Origin: Prevotella sp.
Lineage (GTDB): Bacteria > Bacteroidota > Bacteroidia > Bacteroidales > Bacteroidaceae
Length of the DNA stretch: 64,000 nt
Reading direction: 5' to 3'
NCBI GenBank assembly: GCA_017462915.1
Contig: JAFTQG010000046.1
Coordinates: 15,856 to 79,855, forward strand
Under the pieces are notes generated by a model that saw only the letters and a list, made by a program, of their open reading frames with translations, was not told where the DNA came from and ran no database searches. Of this stretch, positions 37,464-47,923 are shown in pieces. How positions within the stretch are numbered: position 1 is the stretch's first letter; every line of letters begins with the position of its first letter. The translations under genes and the position numbers were made by a program.

Positions 37464-37670
37464 TTGGTGATTTGGCCGTTTGGTGGTTTAGTCGTTTAGT
37501 ATCTACTGCTATAGCTTCTATTCCGGCTATCCTGCCATTATGGCTATAACCTCTACAGATTCCTATTCCGGCTATTCTGGCTATTCCGGCTATCACAACC
37601 ACACAACCGTATAACCGCACAACCGTATAACCGTATAAAACCGTATTCAATCAACCAATAAACTACTAAA
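37464..37670 (+). repeat. stop-anchored mirrored repeat: GU-rich 8-mers (37464-37500), GGCTAT 9-10-nt core (37501-37595), AC-rich 8-mers YAYAACCR (37596-37670)
   Basis: Starts directly after the TGA at 37461-37463 and ends 2 nt before ATG 37673. Confidence 0.75.
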
Positions 37671-37672
37671 CT

Positions 37673-38098
37673 ATGTATTCAGATCCAAAAGACTGTCTCT
37701 ATTGTCAGAACAATGAGACTCTGCACAATCTCATGATTGAGATTTGCCACCTCCGTGTTTCACGCGTTTTCCTCTTCAAGGAGCAGACATACCGCGGCCG
37801 TTGCCTCGTGGCATACGACGGACATGTCAATGACCTCAACGAGCTCAACGACCAGCAGCGCAACGACTTCATGGCCGATGTAGCACAGACAACACGTGCC
37901 ATGCAGCGCGCATTCAACCCTGAGAAGATAAACTACGGCGCATTCTCCGACACGCTCTCACACCTTCACTTCCACCTCGCCCCTAAATATGTAGGAGGTC
38001 CTGACTACCCTGGTCTCTTCCGCATGAATCCAGGAGAGGTTTACCTCACAGACGAGGAATACAAGGACATGATAGAGCTTATCAAGAAGAACCTCTAA
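37673..38098 (+). CDS. HIT family protein
   Basis: Histidine triad HLHFHLAP near the C-terminal third. Length 141 aa. Confidence 0.8.
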   Translation: MYSDPKDCLYCQNNETLHNLMIEICHLRVSRVFLFKEQTYRGRCLVAYDGHVNDLNELNDQQRNDFMADVAQTTRAMQRAFNPEKINYGAFSDTLSHLHFHLAPKYVGGPDYPGLFRMNPGEVYLTDEEYKDMIELIKKNL

Positions 38099-38159
38099 AG
38101 ACACGAATAGGGCTGACTCCCGATGAACACGGAATCAGCCCTATTCGTGTCTTTAGAGG
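38092..38159. terminator. bidirectional terminator: 25-bp perfect inverted repeat between HIT (+) and the last polysaccharide gene (-)
   Basis: cctctaaagacacgaatagggctga (38092-38116, includes the HIT stop codon) pairs with tcagccctattcgtgtctttagagg (38135-38159). Confidence 0.7.
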
Positions 38160-38232
38160 TTGTTGATTAATGGCTTCTGGTTTTCAGCATTTGCTTTGGT
38201 GCATATCCACCCACAACCTCAACCATCCCCCT

Positions 38233-38955
38233 CTAACCACACTTCTCTTTCATGACATTCCAGAGAAAGAGCGCATTGCCGATGATGTACCGCTTCCACA
38301 TCCTTCGCGGTTCCCTGATGAGTCGGTACAGCCATTCCAGACCATGCCGCTGCCACCATATCGGGGCACGCTCCACCGTACCGGCAAAGAAGTCAAAAAC
38401 CGCGCCGATGGTGCCCACATGACAGTGGATGTCAAGTTCTTTCCAACGCGAGTATGTCCATTTCTCCTGCTTCGGAGCTGTCATGCCTATCCACAGCAAA
38501 TCAGGATTAGCATTGTTTATGGCGGAGATTATTGCCTTGTTGTCTTCCTCCGAAAACTCCGGCTTGTAAGGAGGCGAATAAGTAAGGACTTCTATATTAG
38601 GGTATTCCACGGCGGCCTTCTCCTTTATCCGTGTCAATACATTCTCGCTTGAACCCATAAACATGCACCGTCCTCCGCGCTTGTTCAGGCGTTCCATCTC
38701 GAACACGAACAAGTCCCAACCGGCAATCCTTTCCGTAGGCTGCGACTTTGCTTTCAGCCATCGGCAGGCCTTCACCACACTTATGCCGTCAGGTATCAGG
38801 GCATCTCCGTTCACCAATGCCTCCGCAAAAAGACTGTCCTTCAACGCCGTATTATACGAATGGGCATTGATGGTATTTATCAGCAGCTTCCCTTCAGGCA
38901 AAGAGAGGAGAGCCTCCTTGCTGCATAATATTTTTAATTCTCGTAATTTAAACAT
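38233..38955 (-). CDS. WecB/TagA/CpsF family glycosyltransferase (GT26)
   Basis: 240 aa. The N-terminal segment ..INTINAHSYNTALKD..F..AL..GDALIPDGISVV.. is typical of GT26. Confidence 0.8.
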   Translation of the reverse strand: MFKLRELKILCSKEALLSLPEGKLLINTINAHSYNTALKDSLFAEALVNGDALIPDGISVVKACRWLKAKSQPTERIAGWDLFVFEMERLNKRGGRCMFMGSSENVLTRIKEKAAVEYPNIEVLTYSPPYKPEFSEEDNKAIISAINNANPDLLWIGMTAPKQEKWTYSRWKELDIHCHVGTIGAVFDFFAGTVERAPIWWQRHGLEWLYRLIREPRRMWKRYIIGNALFLWNVMKEKCG

Positions 38956-40079
38956 TTTCTCAATATCTCACACAATCGTTGTTCAAACACATCAAGTACA
39001 AACTCACGTTCAAATTTCTTTCGTCCGTTGTCTCCCATCCGCTTCCTTAGTGGCGCATCGGTAAGCAAACGCTCCAACCTGTCGGCAATCTCCACGGCGT
39101 CAGGGCGGAAAGAGTTCAGCATTATAGGCGTATCGCCTCCTATCAGAAAGCCGTTGACACCGTCTTCTATCTCCTCGCTCACACCGCCGACATTGCTCGC
39201 CACAACAGGAACGCCAAACTGCATGGCCTCCAGCACAGACACGGGAAGAGCCTCGGTATAAGAAGGGAGCACAAAGACATCAGCATTCTGGAAATATTCG
39301 TATTTCGCGTCACCATACTTCGGACCATGATAAACCGAGCAACCGTTAAGTCCCATCGACGTAAGAGCCTTGTCAAACTCCTCTCCCGACATTTCCTTCG
39401 TAAGTCCTCCTACAAAATCAGCCTCAAACCTTACGCCCCTCTCCCGCAACATCTTCAATGCCCGAAGATATTCCATTATGCCCTTGGTCTTCATTATGTT
39501 AGTCAGCCAAAGTATCCGGGGAATGCCGTCACTGTCTTTCCGCCCTCTCTCCTGCGCAATATCCGGTATGGCATTGGGACATACAAACACATCTTCCCTG
39601 CGCACATACCTCCTCACATCGTCATACAATGACTTGGCAAGCAAGATAAGTCTGGCATCCCTGAAATACCTCTTGTAAAGGAAATTGTCAAACCAGCAGT
39701 TCTGCCTCGACTGCACGCCCTTGTTATGAAAGTGCATCACGACCTTCTGCCCCATCATTTTCAGCATCATGATGGTGAAGAAATCCTTGTAGAACGGCAG
39801 ACCCGCCGAGCAGGGAGTGATATACACCAGGTCAGGCTTCACCTCTTTCACCGCCTTGCGTATCTGCCACATCTTCTTTATGACAGCCCATATCTTATCC
39901 GGACCTTTCTTCCTGATATCCTCCAACTTAGAGGCGATGGCCATATTCACGTAATGGCACTCAAACGTCTCATTTATCAGCCTGTTTTTATGGATATACT
40001 CTCCCACCATTGATGCGCCGTGCACCGGCGGAGGCATGTGCATGATGAATAGAATTTTAGACGAATTATGTTTGTCCAT
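38934..40079 (-). CDS. glycosyltransferase family 4 (GT-B)
   Basis: C-terminal EX7E-type region ..PSYTEALPVSVLEAMQFGVPVVASNVGGVSEEIEDGVNGFL. Confidence 0.85.
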   Translation of the reverse strand: MDKHNSSKILFIMHMPPPVHGASMVGEYIHKNRLINETFECHYVNMAIASKLEDIRKKGPDKIWAVIKKMWQIRKAVKEVKPDLVYITPCSAGLPFYKDFFTIMMLKMMGQKVVMHFHNKGVQSRQNCWFDNFLYKRYFRDARLILLAKSLYDDVRRYVRREDVFVCPNAIPDIAQERGRKDSDGIPRILWLTNIMKTKGIMEYLRALKMLRERGVRFEADFVGGLTKEMSGEEFDKALTSMGLNGCSVYHGPKYGDAKYEYFQNADVFVLPSYTEALPVSVLEAMQFGVPVVASNVGGVSEEIEDGVNGFLIGGDTPIMLNSFRPDAVEIADRLERLLTDAPLRKRMGDNGRKKFEREFVLDVFEQRLCEILRKCLNYEN

Positions 40080-40244
40080 TGCTTGTTTTTATAATAATTC
40101 AGACTTTCAGTTCCACGGTTTCAACCCAAATTTATAATCGGATTTTGTTCTTTCTTATATACCAATCATCCTATCTGGCAAACGGCGACGCTAATGCTTT
40201 GATTTACTGCGACATAGAAATTTACATCACAAAGATCAGGTTTG

Positions 40245-40280
40245 GTGTCACCCTTTGTCCTGTGAAGTGTCACCCTTGGC
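40245..40280. repeat. two REP-like units (ggtgtcaccctttg, aagtgtcacccttgg) in a 352-bp intergenic gap inside the polysaccharide locus
   Basis: Same GTSACCCTTTG word as the other clusters. Confidence 0.5.
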
Positions 40281-40431
40281 AGGGCAACCGTATCGGGTTG
40301 CTTGGTCAATAGTTTTTAGTATGTGCGGAAAGGTTGAAATTGTCGGATAAAAAATTCCTTATACTATTTGCAGAAAGCGAAATCCGCCTTGAGCAAACTC
40401 ATATCTGGATCTCCGTTTCAAAGATAAAAAC

Positions 40432-41397
40432 TTACTTTCTATGATACTCCCTCCACCGCAGGAACTTAGCCAACAGCCACCAGGTCAATGGAGTATATTT
40501 AGCCATATTCATCAACTTGCCGATGGGGTCTTTTACAAAGTATTTACCATATCTCAATGCCTCCTGCCTGCTCAAAGCATTTCTGCCCGAAAGCAACTGG
40601 CAATAAGTAAGGTTGCGCGATACCCTTCCTTGCACCATCTTGTATGATGCAGGAATTTCATTGCCAAACCGCTTGACTATACGGCACTCCCATACCGACA
40701 GTGCCGGAGCATTGTCCCAGCGGCGCTTCATCTTGTTCAGCCACCCCTGGTCCCAAGTCACATCACCGCCATCACTTACATAAAGAGCCTTCGGTATCAG
40801 TCCCCATTTCCCGAATGTTGCAATGTAGTTCCAATACTCGTAGTCTTCAGACAGGCGGAGGTCTGTCCTCATGCCGCCACTTTGCAGCGCTATATCCTTG
40901 CGGATTGTTGTGGAGCATGTTCCAACAAAGCAATCGGCCGCCCACTCTGCAAAGAAATCCTTTACTATATACGGTTCTTTTGTCGTATCTTCCGAGAGCC
41001 ATGACGGATTATACGACACACGTCCTCCCAACGAACTGACATTCTTGCAACCCACAGTTACGGCGACACACTCCTTATGCGCATCCAGAAAAGCAACCGA
41101 CTCCTCTATATAACCATCATTCCAATAATCATCGGCATCAATGAATGTCACGTAGCGTCCCTGCGCCAGTTCCACGCCCTTGTTCCTCGCTACAGAAGGA
41201 CCAGCGTTTTTCTGTTGAAACAAAACTATATTCCTTTCTTCTCTCGCCTTTATCAGTTCTACGCTGTTGTCCGTACTTCCATCGTCCACACAGATCACCT
41301 CATACTTGTATTGTGTAGTCTGGTTAAAGATGCTGTCAAGACATCTGCCTATCAATGCGGCAGCATTATAGACAGGAATTATTATTGAAATATCCAT
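40432..41397 (-). CDS. glycosyltransferase family 2
   Basis: N-terminus ISIIIPVYNAAALIGRCLDSIFNQT..VICVDDGSTDNS and the DxD motif IDADD. Confidence 0.85.
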   Translation of the reverse strand: MDISIIIPVYNAAALIGRCLDSIFNQTTQYKYEVICVDDGSTDNSVELIKAREERNIVLFQQKNAGPSVARNKGVELAQGRYVTFIDADDYWNDGYIEESVAFLDAHKECVAVTVGCKNVSSLGGRVSYNPSWLSEDTTKEPYIVKDFFAEWAADCFVGTCSTTIRKDIALQSGGMRTDLRLSEDYEYWNYIATFGKWGLIPKALYVSDGGDVTWDQGWLNKMKRRWDNAPALSVWECRIVKRFGNEIPASYKMVQGRVSRNLTYCQLLSGRNALSRQEALRYGKYFVKDPIGKLMNMAKYTPLTWWLLAKFLRWREYHRK

Positions 41398-41657
41398 TAT
41401 TGTCTCTTAAATTTATATTAGGAAATGCAATACGTTGCACAAAAGCCAAGCTAAGGGAGGAAAAATGCAATGAAATGCACATTTATAAAGAAAATATTGT
41501 ATTGCAAGGGAATCAAACAGAAATATGCGCTTGACAGGTTGCTTGGAAACGTACTAACAGTATGACATAACACTTAATGAAAGAATATCAAGATTACCCC
41601 ATATTGCTATTGAACCGCATTATATGTGAGTATAATGACAGACAAGCCAATCTATCA

Positions 41658-42464
41658 TTAAGCGTTTTCGTTGATGAATTTTCTTTTACGCTTCATCCAA
41701 GCATCAGTCAGTCTGCGTGGCATGTGATTCTTAAACGCCTGTACCCAGCCATATCGCAAATAAGTCCACACCAATGCAAATGGATAATACCATTTCTCAG
41801 CTATATGATGGATGCGCAGACCTTCCAATCGCAACATTAACGGGTTTGTGGCTGAAAGACCGTATTGTCCATTATACCGGGCAACAACGACAGGTATGTA
41901 TTGGAATCCTACGTTTGCCTCATGCAAACGGAAAAACAGGTCGTGGTCTGCCACGATACGATACGAGAGGTCAAACTGAAATTCTCGCATTAAGTCTGCT
42001 TTCACGAAGCAAGACTGATGGCAGAATGGCATAACCGGATTGTCTTTCTGATAATCTGAGGCTTTTGCTATATCACTGCCGAAATCAAATATCTGCAAAG
42101 TATCTCCATAAATGACGCCCGATTCTTGATTTATATTTTGTGAAAAGAATTCCTGCAATGTTGTCGCGTCATAGAAAGTATCTCCGGCATTCATATAGTT
42201 TATCCATTCACCTTGCGCCATGCGTGCCCCTTTATTCATAGCATCATACGTACCCTTATCTTTCTCAGATACGTATCGGAACACCTTACCAGCTTTGTCA
42301 AATAGAGGCTTATAATGTTTCAACAAATCCAAGGTGTTGTCACGACTGCCTCCGTCTACGACAAGATATTCCAAATCCGTATATTGCTGATTCAATACAG
42401 AGTCCAAGGTCTTCTGCAAGTCCGTAGCAGCGTTGAAGCACACTGTAATGATGGTTACTTTCAT
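41658..42464 (-). CDS. glycosyltransferase family 2
   Basis: VTIITVCFNAA..L.KTLDSVLNQ.Y..LEYLVVDGGSRDNT. Confidence 0.85.
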   Translation of the reverse strand: MKVTIITVCFNAATDLQKTLDSVLNQQYTDLEYLVVDGGSRDNTLDLLKHYKPLFDKAGKVFRYVSEKDKGTYDAMNKGARMAQGEWINYMNAGDTFYDATTLQEFFSQNINQESGVIYGDTLQIFDFGSDIAKASDYQKDNPVMPFCHQSCFVKADLMREFQFDLSYRIVADHDLFFRLHEANVGFQYIPVVVARYNGQYGLSATNPLMLRLEGLRIHHIAEKWYYPFALVWTYLRYGWVQAFKNHMPRRLTDAWMKRKRKFINENA

Positions 42465-43639
42465 CTTTTAAGCTTGTTAGTTAATGCATCATAGACACGT
42501 CGTGCACAATTCTCCGTATTGAACTCCTTTTCCAGTTCGATAGACTTTTGCCCCATTACCTTTAGGTCTTGATGATGGAAATAATCCAAAGCCTCAACCA
42601 ATGTATCTTCTTTATATGGGTCGAATGTGATGCCGTTTTCATCCTTGTGTACCAATTCCACATGACATCCATTATATATGGAAGTCGACACGGGCAAGCC
42701 GCATGCCATGGCTTCCGGTATTACAAGACTCCAGTTGTCCTCAATGGTCGGTATAATGAAGACGTCTGCAATGGCATAGAATTTATACACATTCTCGTAT
42801 TCCACCCTTCCTGTCAAGTTGATGGATGTGTCATCCTTGTATTGTCTTCTGAATTCTTCCAGCTGGTTTCCACTGCCTACAAGCAACAGACGGTCAGACG
42901 GGTTACTGAGGATATGCTTCCGCCATGCTTCCAGCAAATATCTCACGCCCTTGCGTTCTACGATTTGCCCTACAAACAAGAATGTAAGTCCATCCCTGTT
43001 AGGCTGGTATTGCTGCTTGAACGTTTCTTTCTCATCAAGTGACATGGATACGATACCCGATTGCAGGAAACTTGCATCCGCACTCATGCCACCTATATGT
43101 ATCTTCTCAGAAGGTACACCAAGAGATTCCAAGTAGTGCTTTGTCTCCTGTCCGTTCACAAGGAATCCTGCAAGGAACTTATTGAAGAGCTTTCTCTGGA
43201 GTATCTTCAGTTTTCCTGTATTACGCTCAGTATGCAATGTACGTTCATAACCCAGATATACAGGTATGCGGTGCAACATGCCATATAGCAACACAAGCGG
43301 TGTCCACTGGAAATACCCTTCTGTTATCAGAACATCCGGCTTGACTTTGCGTATAGCCCTCATCAGACCGAAAGTAAAGGGAATGCGCTTTCCGCGTTCT
43401 ATGTCCGGCATACGGTCAAAGCCCATGGAGTAAGTGTCGAACACATGATCGGACAACAACGGCAAGGCATTGTCGCCCAACTCTTCTTTCACCTTATCGG
43501 CAAACCCATCCTTCCCGCAAATGCGCATACGCATAGGGGAATACATCACGTAGAAATTATTGTTGAACAGCCGTTTCAACTCCTTGTAAAAAGGCAGACG
43601 ATATTCGAAGAATACGGGATTACAATATAGAATTTTCAT
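42461..43639 (-). CDS. glycosyltransferase family 4 (GT-B)
   Basis: 392 aa with the C-terminal ..DVFIIPTIEDNWSLVIPEAMACGLPVSTS.. motif. It has an ATGA overlap with the downstream gene. Confidence 0.8.
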   Translation of the reverse strand: MKILYCNPVFFEYRLPFYKELKRLFNNNFYVMYSPMRMRICGKDGFADKVKEELGDNALPLLSDHVFDTYSMGFDRMPDIERGKRIPFTFGLMRAIRKVKPDVLITEGYFQWTPLVLLYGMLHRIPVYLGYERTLHTERNTGKLKILQRKLFNKFLAGFLVNGQETKHYLESLGVPSEKIHIGGMSADASFLQSGIVSMSLDEKETFKQQYQPNRDGLTFLFVGQIVERKGVRYLLEAWRKHILSNPSDRLLLVGSGNQLEEFRRQYKDDTSINLTGRVEYENVYKFYAIADVFIIPTIEDNWSLVIPEAMACGLPVSTSIYNGCHVELVHKDENGITFDPYKEDTLVEALDYFHHQDLKVMGQKSIELEKEFNTENCARRVYDALTNKLKR

Positions 43640-43653
43640 AATTTATTTATTAA

Positions 43654-44646
43654 TTAGCCTCTTCCTCCTGTTACGAACAAAAAGGATTTCGGATGTTTTC
43701 TATTCCAATAATCACCTATTACATACAATATCATTATTGTGACTATTGGCAATAGGAAAAAAGCGAGCAATGCAACAATCTCTTCTGAAGGGAATACTTT
43801 CCCCAATATAACTTTCATGGTTTTCAAAATGTAAGCGTGCATCACATATATGAAAAATGCCAAAGGTGAAATCTTCAGCAGCCATTCACGCCATCTGTTG
43901 GATATATTGTCGAGCCATTGCCACAAAATAATAATTCCTAATAGTGTATTATAACGATGGATGCTCCACCAATGGGGATACATAAAGCATGACACCAGCC
44001 AAACTGCAGTCAATGTCGATAAACTCCACACAGGCATCTTAACTTTCAAGATTTCCGGATAACGCTGCAGCACACCTCCTAAAAAGAAGAACAACATTCC
44101 TTCTGAGGACAACCACGCACAATCTACAGGAATCCATTGAGTAAACAATCCGATGAACACAACCAGATACAGCCACTTATTATTAACGGCAAATATCCAT
44201 CCGTAAAGCGGAACCAGCAGCATAAAGGTCATGATGTCACGCACATACCACAGTACGCCATTCCAGTCACTATGCAACAGCTGAAGTCCGTATCTCCACA
44301 TTTCATCCTCAACCACCAACCGCCGTGTTAACAGAAGAACGATTAATCCGAAAATATTCCAAAACAAGAATGGCACAAACAGCGTACGCATCTTCTTTCC
44401 TGTCATCCGGAAATATTCACCCCGTCCATAATATGTATATCTGAAGAAAAAGAATCCAGACACCATGAAAAAAAACGGGACGGCAACCTCTGTTTGCTTG
44501 GAAATGCCTTGTTCCATGAAAGTGGCCACTCCATTGCTGTTTGCCAATCCAAAAGCCTGAAGATTAAAGGAATGACGCAAGACAACAAGCACAGTGCAAA
44601 GGAGTCCTCCGATTTTTATCTTATCACTTAACGACTGCTCTATCAT
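43654..44646 (-). CDS. acyltransferase family 3 membrane protein (probable)
   Basis: 330 aa with about 10 TM segments. The N-terminal ..LLCTVLVVLRHS.. and FFFMVSGFFFF segments resemble acyltransferase_3. Confidence 0.65.
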   Translation of the reverse strand: MIEQSLSDKIKIGGLLCTVLVVLRHSFNLQAFGLANSNGVATFMEQGISKQTEVAVPFFFMVSGFFFFRYTYYGRGEYFRMTGKKMRTLFVPFLFWNIFGLIVLLLTRRLVVEDEMWRYGLQLLHSDWNGVLWYVRDIMTFMLLVPLYGWIFAVNNKWLYLVVFIGLFTQWIPVDCAWLSSEGMLFFFLGGVLQRYPEILKVKMPVWSLSTLTAVWLVSCFMYPHWWSIHRYNTLLGIIILWQWLDNISNRWREWLLKISPLAFFIYVMHAYILKTMKVILGKVFPSEEIVALLAFFLLPIVTIMILYVIGDYWNRKHPKSFLFVTGGRG

Positions 44647-45835
44647 AAAACTTCACTTTGGAATAAGAATAAGCCAACGCCACCAATGCGAAATAAGCGA
44701 CTGTAATAGAACACGTTTTTCCTGACATATAGCCATAAGAATATCCGTTCAGCATACCGCACGCTGTAGCACTCAAGATACCGACATATCCAGGCCTCAG
44801 CCTTCGTTTTAATGAGAAGAACAAATGCGAAATATAATGGATGACATATAATAACAAGCCAACAATGCCAAGACTGCCATACATGCCAATATAATTGTTA
44901 TGCGCATCTGACAGAATCTGGTCACCAAAAATATTACCTACCGTTCTTTCTACACAAGCAAATCCCCATCCTAACAAAGGTTTTTGCCTGGCAGTATCAA
45001 GCAATATCTCCCACATCATCTGTCTTCCGTTACCGCTTTCAATCTGCTCAATATTTTTGTCAGGCATCAGGGTTAGGATTATAGCATTTATCAAATCAGG
45101 ATTGACAATAATGTAAAGAGCTATAACAGTCAGGACAAAAGCTATGAAATAATGCCTTGAGAACCAAAGTGCGACAGCAAGTCCAAAAGCAGCCGAGGCA
45201 TTTGCTCCACCACTTGTATGCATAAATAGCATTATTACTGACAATATCATCGTATTCCTCAGGAATTTTCTTCGGTCTTCGTCTTTCCTTTTCATTGCAA
45301 GATACTCTCCTGCACAATAGGAGAAAAGCATGGCTGCACAAGAGCCTGCCGGCAAGAAATGGGCTATCAAGACATGTTGCATTGACACTCTTAATGCGAT
45401 ACATTCAAACAGCACGGTAAACACAACGAAATAAATGAATGTCTTCTCCACTGAGCGTAAGTCATTGAACAGCGTCAGCATCCACACCATTGCCAATATC
45501 ATCACCACATTCTGGAAGGAAAGGAAAAAAGCGAATTGCGGCAAAAATGCCCAGATTGTACTCAAGACGGCAAAGCTATACAATATAAGTACTGTCTTTA
45601 CGCCTCCGTTGGTGTTATTGAAGCCTTTTGCCACGAAATTACCGCCATATTTGTTTAGCAACAATATAATGGCAAAGAGGGAAACGACCTGCACGACTTT
45701 AGCAAAGCCTTCTCCCGTGTCCGGCATGAACTCTATTCGGTAAAGCCATATCAGATAAAATATTGCAAGCCATTTGTACTTTGACTTCAATATGGATTTG
45801 AATACCGAGTATATTTGTTTTACGTATGTAATCAT
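44624..45835 (-). CDS. O-antigen polymerase/ligase-like (Wzy family) membrane protein
   Basis: 403 aa and polytopic, with a large periplasmic loop near the C-terminal third. It lies inside the polysaccharide locus. Confidence 0.65.
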   Translation of the reverse strand: MITYVKQIYSVFKSILKSKYKWLAIFYLIWLYRIEFMPDTGEGFAKVVQVVSLFAIILLLNKYGGNFVAKGFNNTNGGVKTVLILYSFAVLSTIWAFLPQFAFFLSFQNVVMILAMVWMLTLFNDLRSVEKTFIYFVVFTVLFECIALRVSMQHVLIAHFLPAGSCAAMLFSYCAGEYLAMKRKDEDRRKFLRNTMILSVIMLFMHTSGGANASAAFGLAVALWFSRHYFIAFVLTVIALYIIVNPDLINAIILTLMPDKNIEQIESGNGRQMMWEILLDTARQKPLLGWGFACVERTVGNIFGDQILSDAHNNYIGMYGSLGIVGLLLYVIHYISHLFFSLKRRLRPGYVGILSATACGMLNGYSYGYMSGKTCSITVAYFALVALAYSYSKVKFYDRAVVK

Positions 45836-45849
45836 TTTGCAGAATACAC

Positions 45850-46848
45850 TTATATTAATACTTTCCTGTTTTTACCTCTTAATTTCAAATATTTGAACAA
45901 AATGTTATAGACTCTCGTGTAAGCCCAAAACAACAATGGATATTGTACAAATTCAAGGAACTTCTTGTCTGTCATCTGCGTGACAATCTCCAAGTTTTCA
46001 TTATCACTCAGGAATTCCCTCATCTTGCGGTAAACTTGCCAATCAAAAGGCAGTTCCGGAAAGAAGAAACATCTGTCCAATTCCGCTATCCTGTCACATT
46101 CAATCAAGTGCTGCATCTTTGGAGACAAAGATTTTGTTGTAGATTGAAATGCTTCTCCGATTTTCTGTACATAGCTGTAATCTGTTATACAGCTTTGCAT
46201 GATCGAACTGTCATTAACCATATATGCTTGAGTCACCTCGTCTATATAACAAACTTTTTGCACATTTGGCGCAATGCTTATTTGTGTAACCCAGTCTTCC
46301 TGACGCGACACAAACAGAAAGTTTCTGAATATATCTTCAGAAAATAGAGAGCGTTTATATATTGCGCCCCACAGATATGGAGCAACTTCTCTCATTATAT
46401 ACGCTCTTATATACTCCTCTCCTTCCAGTACACCGCTATAATATTTTGTTTCTTCTATACCATAAATGAAATCATCCTGAGAAACTTTGTTGTCACGTCC
46501 CCTCACAATGTCATATCCTTCAATGATTTTGTTATACAATGCATATATGGCATGAGGATATAAATAGTCATCCGAATCCAAGAATATCAAGTACTCTGCT
46601 CTTGCTTCCTTGAATCCTGCCAGCCTTGCAGAAACAAGTCCACCATTCTCTTTGTGCACGACTTTTATGCGCTCGTCTTTAGCTGCGTTCTGGTCGCATA
46701 TCTCAGGACACCTGTCAGGACTTCCGTCATCTACCAATATCAATTCGTAATCGGTAAAGTCCTGACTCAACACAGAGTCTATACACCGTTGGAGATACGG
46801 CTCCACTTTATATACAGGTACTAATACTGAAACTTTGGGAGTATTCAT
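45850..46848 (-). CDS. glycosyltransferase family 2
   Basis: VSVLVPVYKVEPYLQRCIDSVLSQDFTDYELILVDDGSPD and LDSDD. Confidence 0.85.
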   Translation of the reverse strand: MNTPKVSVLVPVYKVEPYLQRCIDSVLSQDFTDYELILVDDGSPDRCPEICDQNAAKDERIKVVHKENGGLVSARLAGFKEARAEYLIFLDSDDYLYPHAIYALYNKIIEGYDIVRGRDNKVSQDDFIYGIEETKYYSGVLEGEEYIRAYIMREVAPYLWGAIYKRSLFSEDIFRNFLFVSRQEDWVTQISIAPNVQKVCYIDEVTQAYMVNDSSIMQSCITDYSYVQKIGEAFQSTTKSLSPKMQHLIECDRIAELDRCFFFPELPFDWQVYRKMREFLSDNENLEIVTQMTDKKFLEFVQYPLLFWAYTRVYNILFKYLKLRGKNRKVLI

Positions 46849-46866
46849 GTTGTTTAATTTGTTTTT

Positions 46867-47871
46867 TTACTTAGCTCCGAAAAGATATTTGCCAAGCAAT
46901 GGAGAGACACGTAAGACGTTGCTGCTCACAAGACACAGGACTATCACTGACGAAGCTATCAATAGTGTACAAAAGAATTCCGTTGAAGGGTTTATATGGG
47001 TTGAAAACCATTGTCCAAGTTCCTGCAAATTATAAGGGAGGAAGAAATAGTGAAGCAGATATATGTCTAATGTCCTTCTGCCCACATATTGCAAGACCTT
47101 TCCCATCCTTGTCTGCTGGGAAAAAAGATTGGAGTAATGTCTGAAAAAAGAGAACACGACAGTTATACCAGTAAATGCCAATACATACTGTTGCATAGGC
47201 AGAAATGTATCATGTATTTGCAACAGACCTATAATGACAAATACAGACAGCAAACACATCGTGAAAATCTTATTGTCAAACATTCTTTCTACCACACTGA
47301 ATTTCCCTTTTACGATACATCCAAATAGGAAATAAATGAAGTATCTATGGTAGTTCATCTGGATAGCAGTCCTTACATCACTCTCCAGCCAATAATTATA
47401 TGGAACAATAGTGTAGACGCTTGTTAATGCAAGAATCACCAAGGCAAATACAGCACACTCCTGATTAAGCGACAACCGAATTTTCTGAAAGAGAATCCTG
47501 AGTAATGTGACTGCAATGAAGAATATAAAAAGCTCTATAGTGAACCAATATCCACTCTTGTCAAAATCCACTATGTGGCGGTAGAGTCTGTCAACAGTCA
47601 TTCCGCCAAAACAATATATGTAAGCAAGCGAGAAAACCGCTGTTGGAACAAGTTGAATCAAAGCCTTCTTCTTGATAAAGTCAAATCCGTTTGCCATATC
47701 CCATCTCCGTTCATACTTGTAATATATAAAACCGCTGATAAAAAAGAACAATGGCATTCTAAACGTAGAAAAGAATATTCCGTATGAGCTATTATATCTA
47801 AAATCCCAACCTCTATAGGAAAAGACAAAGACATGAAACATTACGACCAACAGCATAGTAAACCCACGCAA
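46867..47871 (-). CDS. acyltransferase family 3; 5' end appears disrupted by a C9 tract (full length would be 46867-47939 with C10)
   Basis: The ORF-track start is a TTG inside the conserved motif (E)YIDALRGFTMLLVVMFHV. The frame stays open upstream through the homopolymer. Confidence 0.75.
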   Translation of the reverse strand: MRGFTMLLVVMFHVFVFSYRGWDFRYNSSYGIFFSTFRMPLFFFISGFIYYKYERRWDMANGFDFIKKKALIQLVPTAVFSLAYIYCFGGMTVDRLYRHIVDFDKSGYWFTIELFIFFIAVTLLRILFQKIRLSLNQECAVFALVILALTSVYTIVPYNYWLESDVRTAIQMNYHRYFIYFLFGCIVKGKFSVVERMFDNKIFTMCLLSVFVIIGLLQIHDTFLPMQQYVLAFTGITVVFSFFRHYSNLFSQQTRMGKVLQYVGRRTLDIYLLHYFFLPYNLQELGQWFSTHINPSTEFFCTLLIASSVIVLCLVSSNVLRVSPLLGKYLFGAK

Positions 47872-47914
47872 TGCGTCTATATACTCTATGCGCGTTCCTT
47901 TACCAGCCGAAATA

Positions 47915-47923
47915 GGGGGGGGG
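47915..47923 (-). repeat. homopolymer C9 (coding-strand sense) in the 5' coding region of the acyltransferase
   Basis: The plus strand reads aata GGGGGGGGG actt. ATG 47939 is 68 nt upstream of the TTG at 47871, which is out of frame by 1. Confidence 0.9.

Noticed and set aside
44461-44475. T8/A8 run in the fourth acyltransferase (43654-44646), and the A8 run at about 55437-55444
   Set aside because: A/T runs of this length are common in AT-rich coding sequence. Here they encode phenylalanine or lysine runs, so they were not treated as phase-variation candidates.
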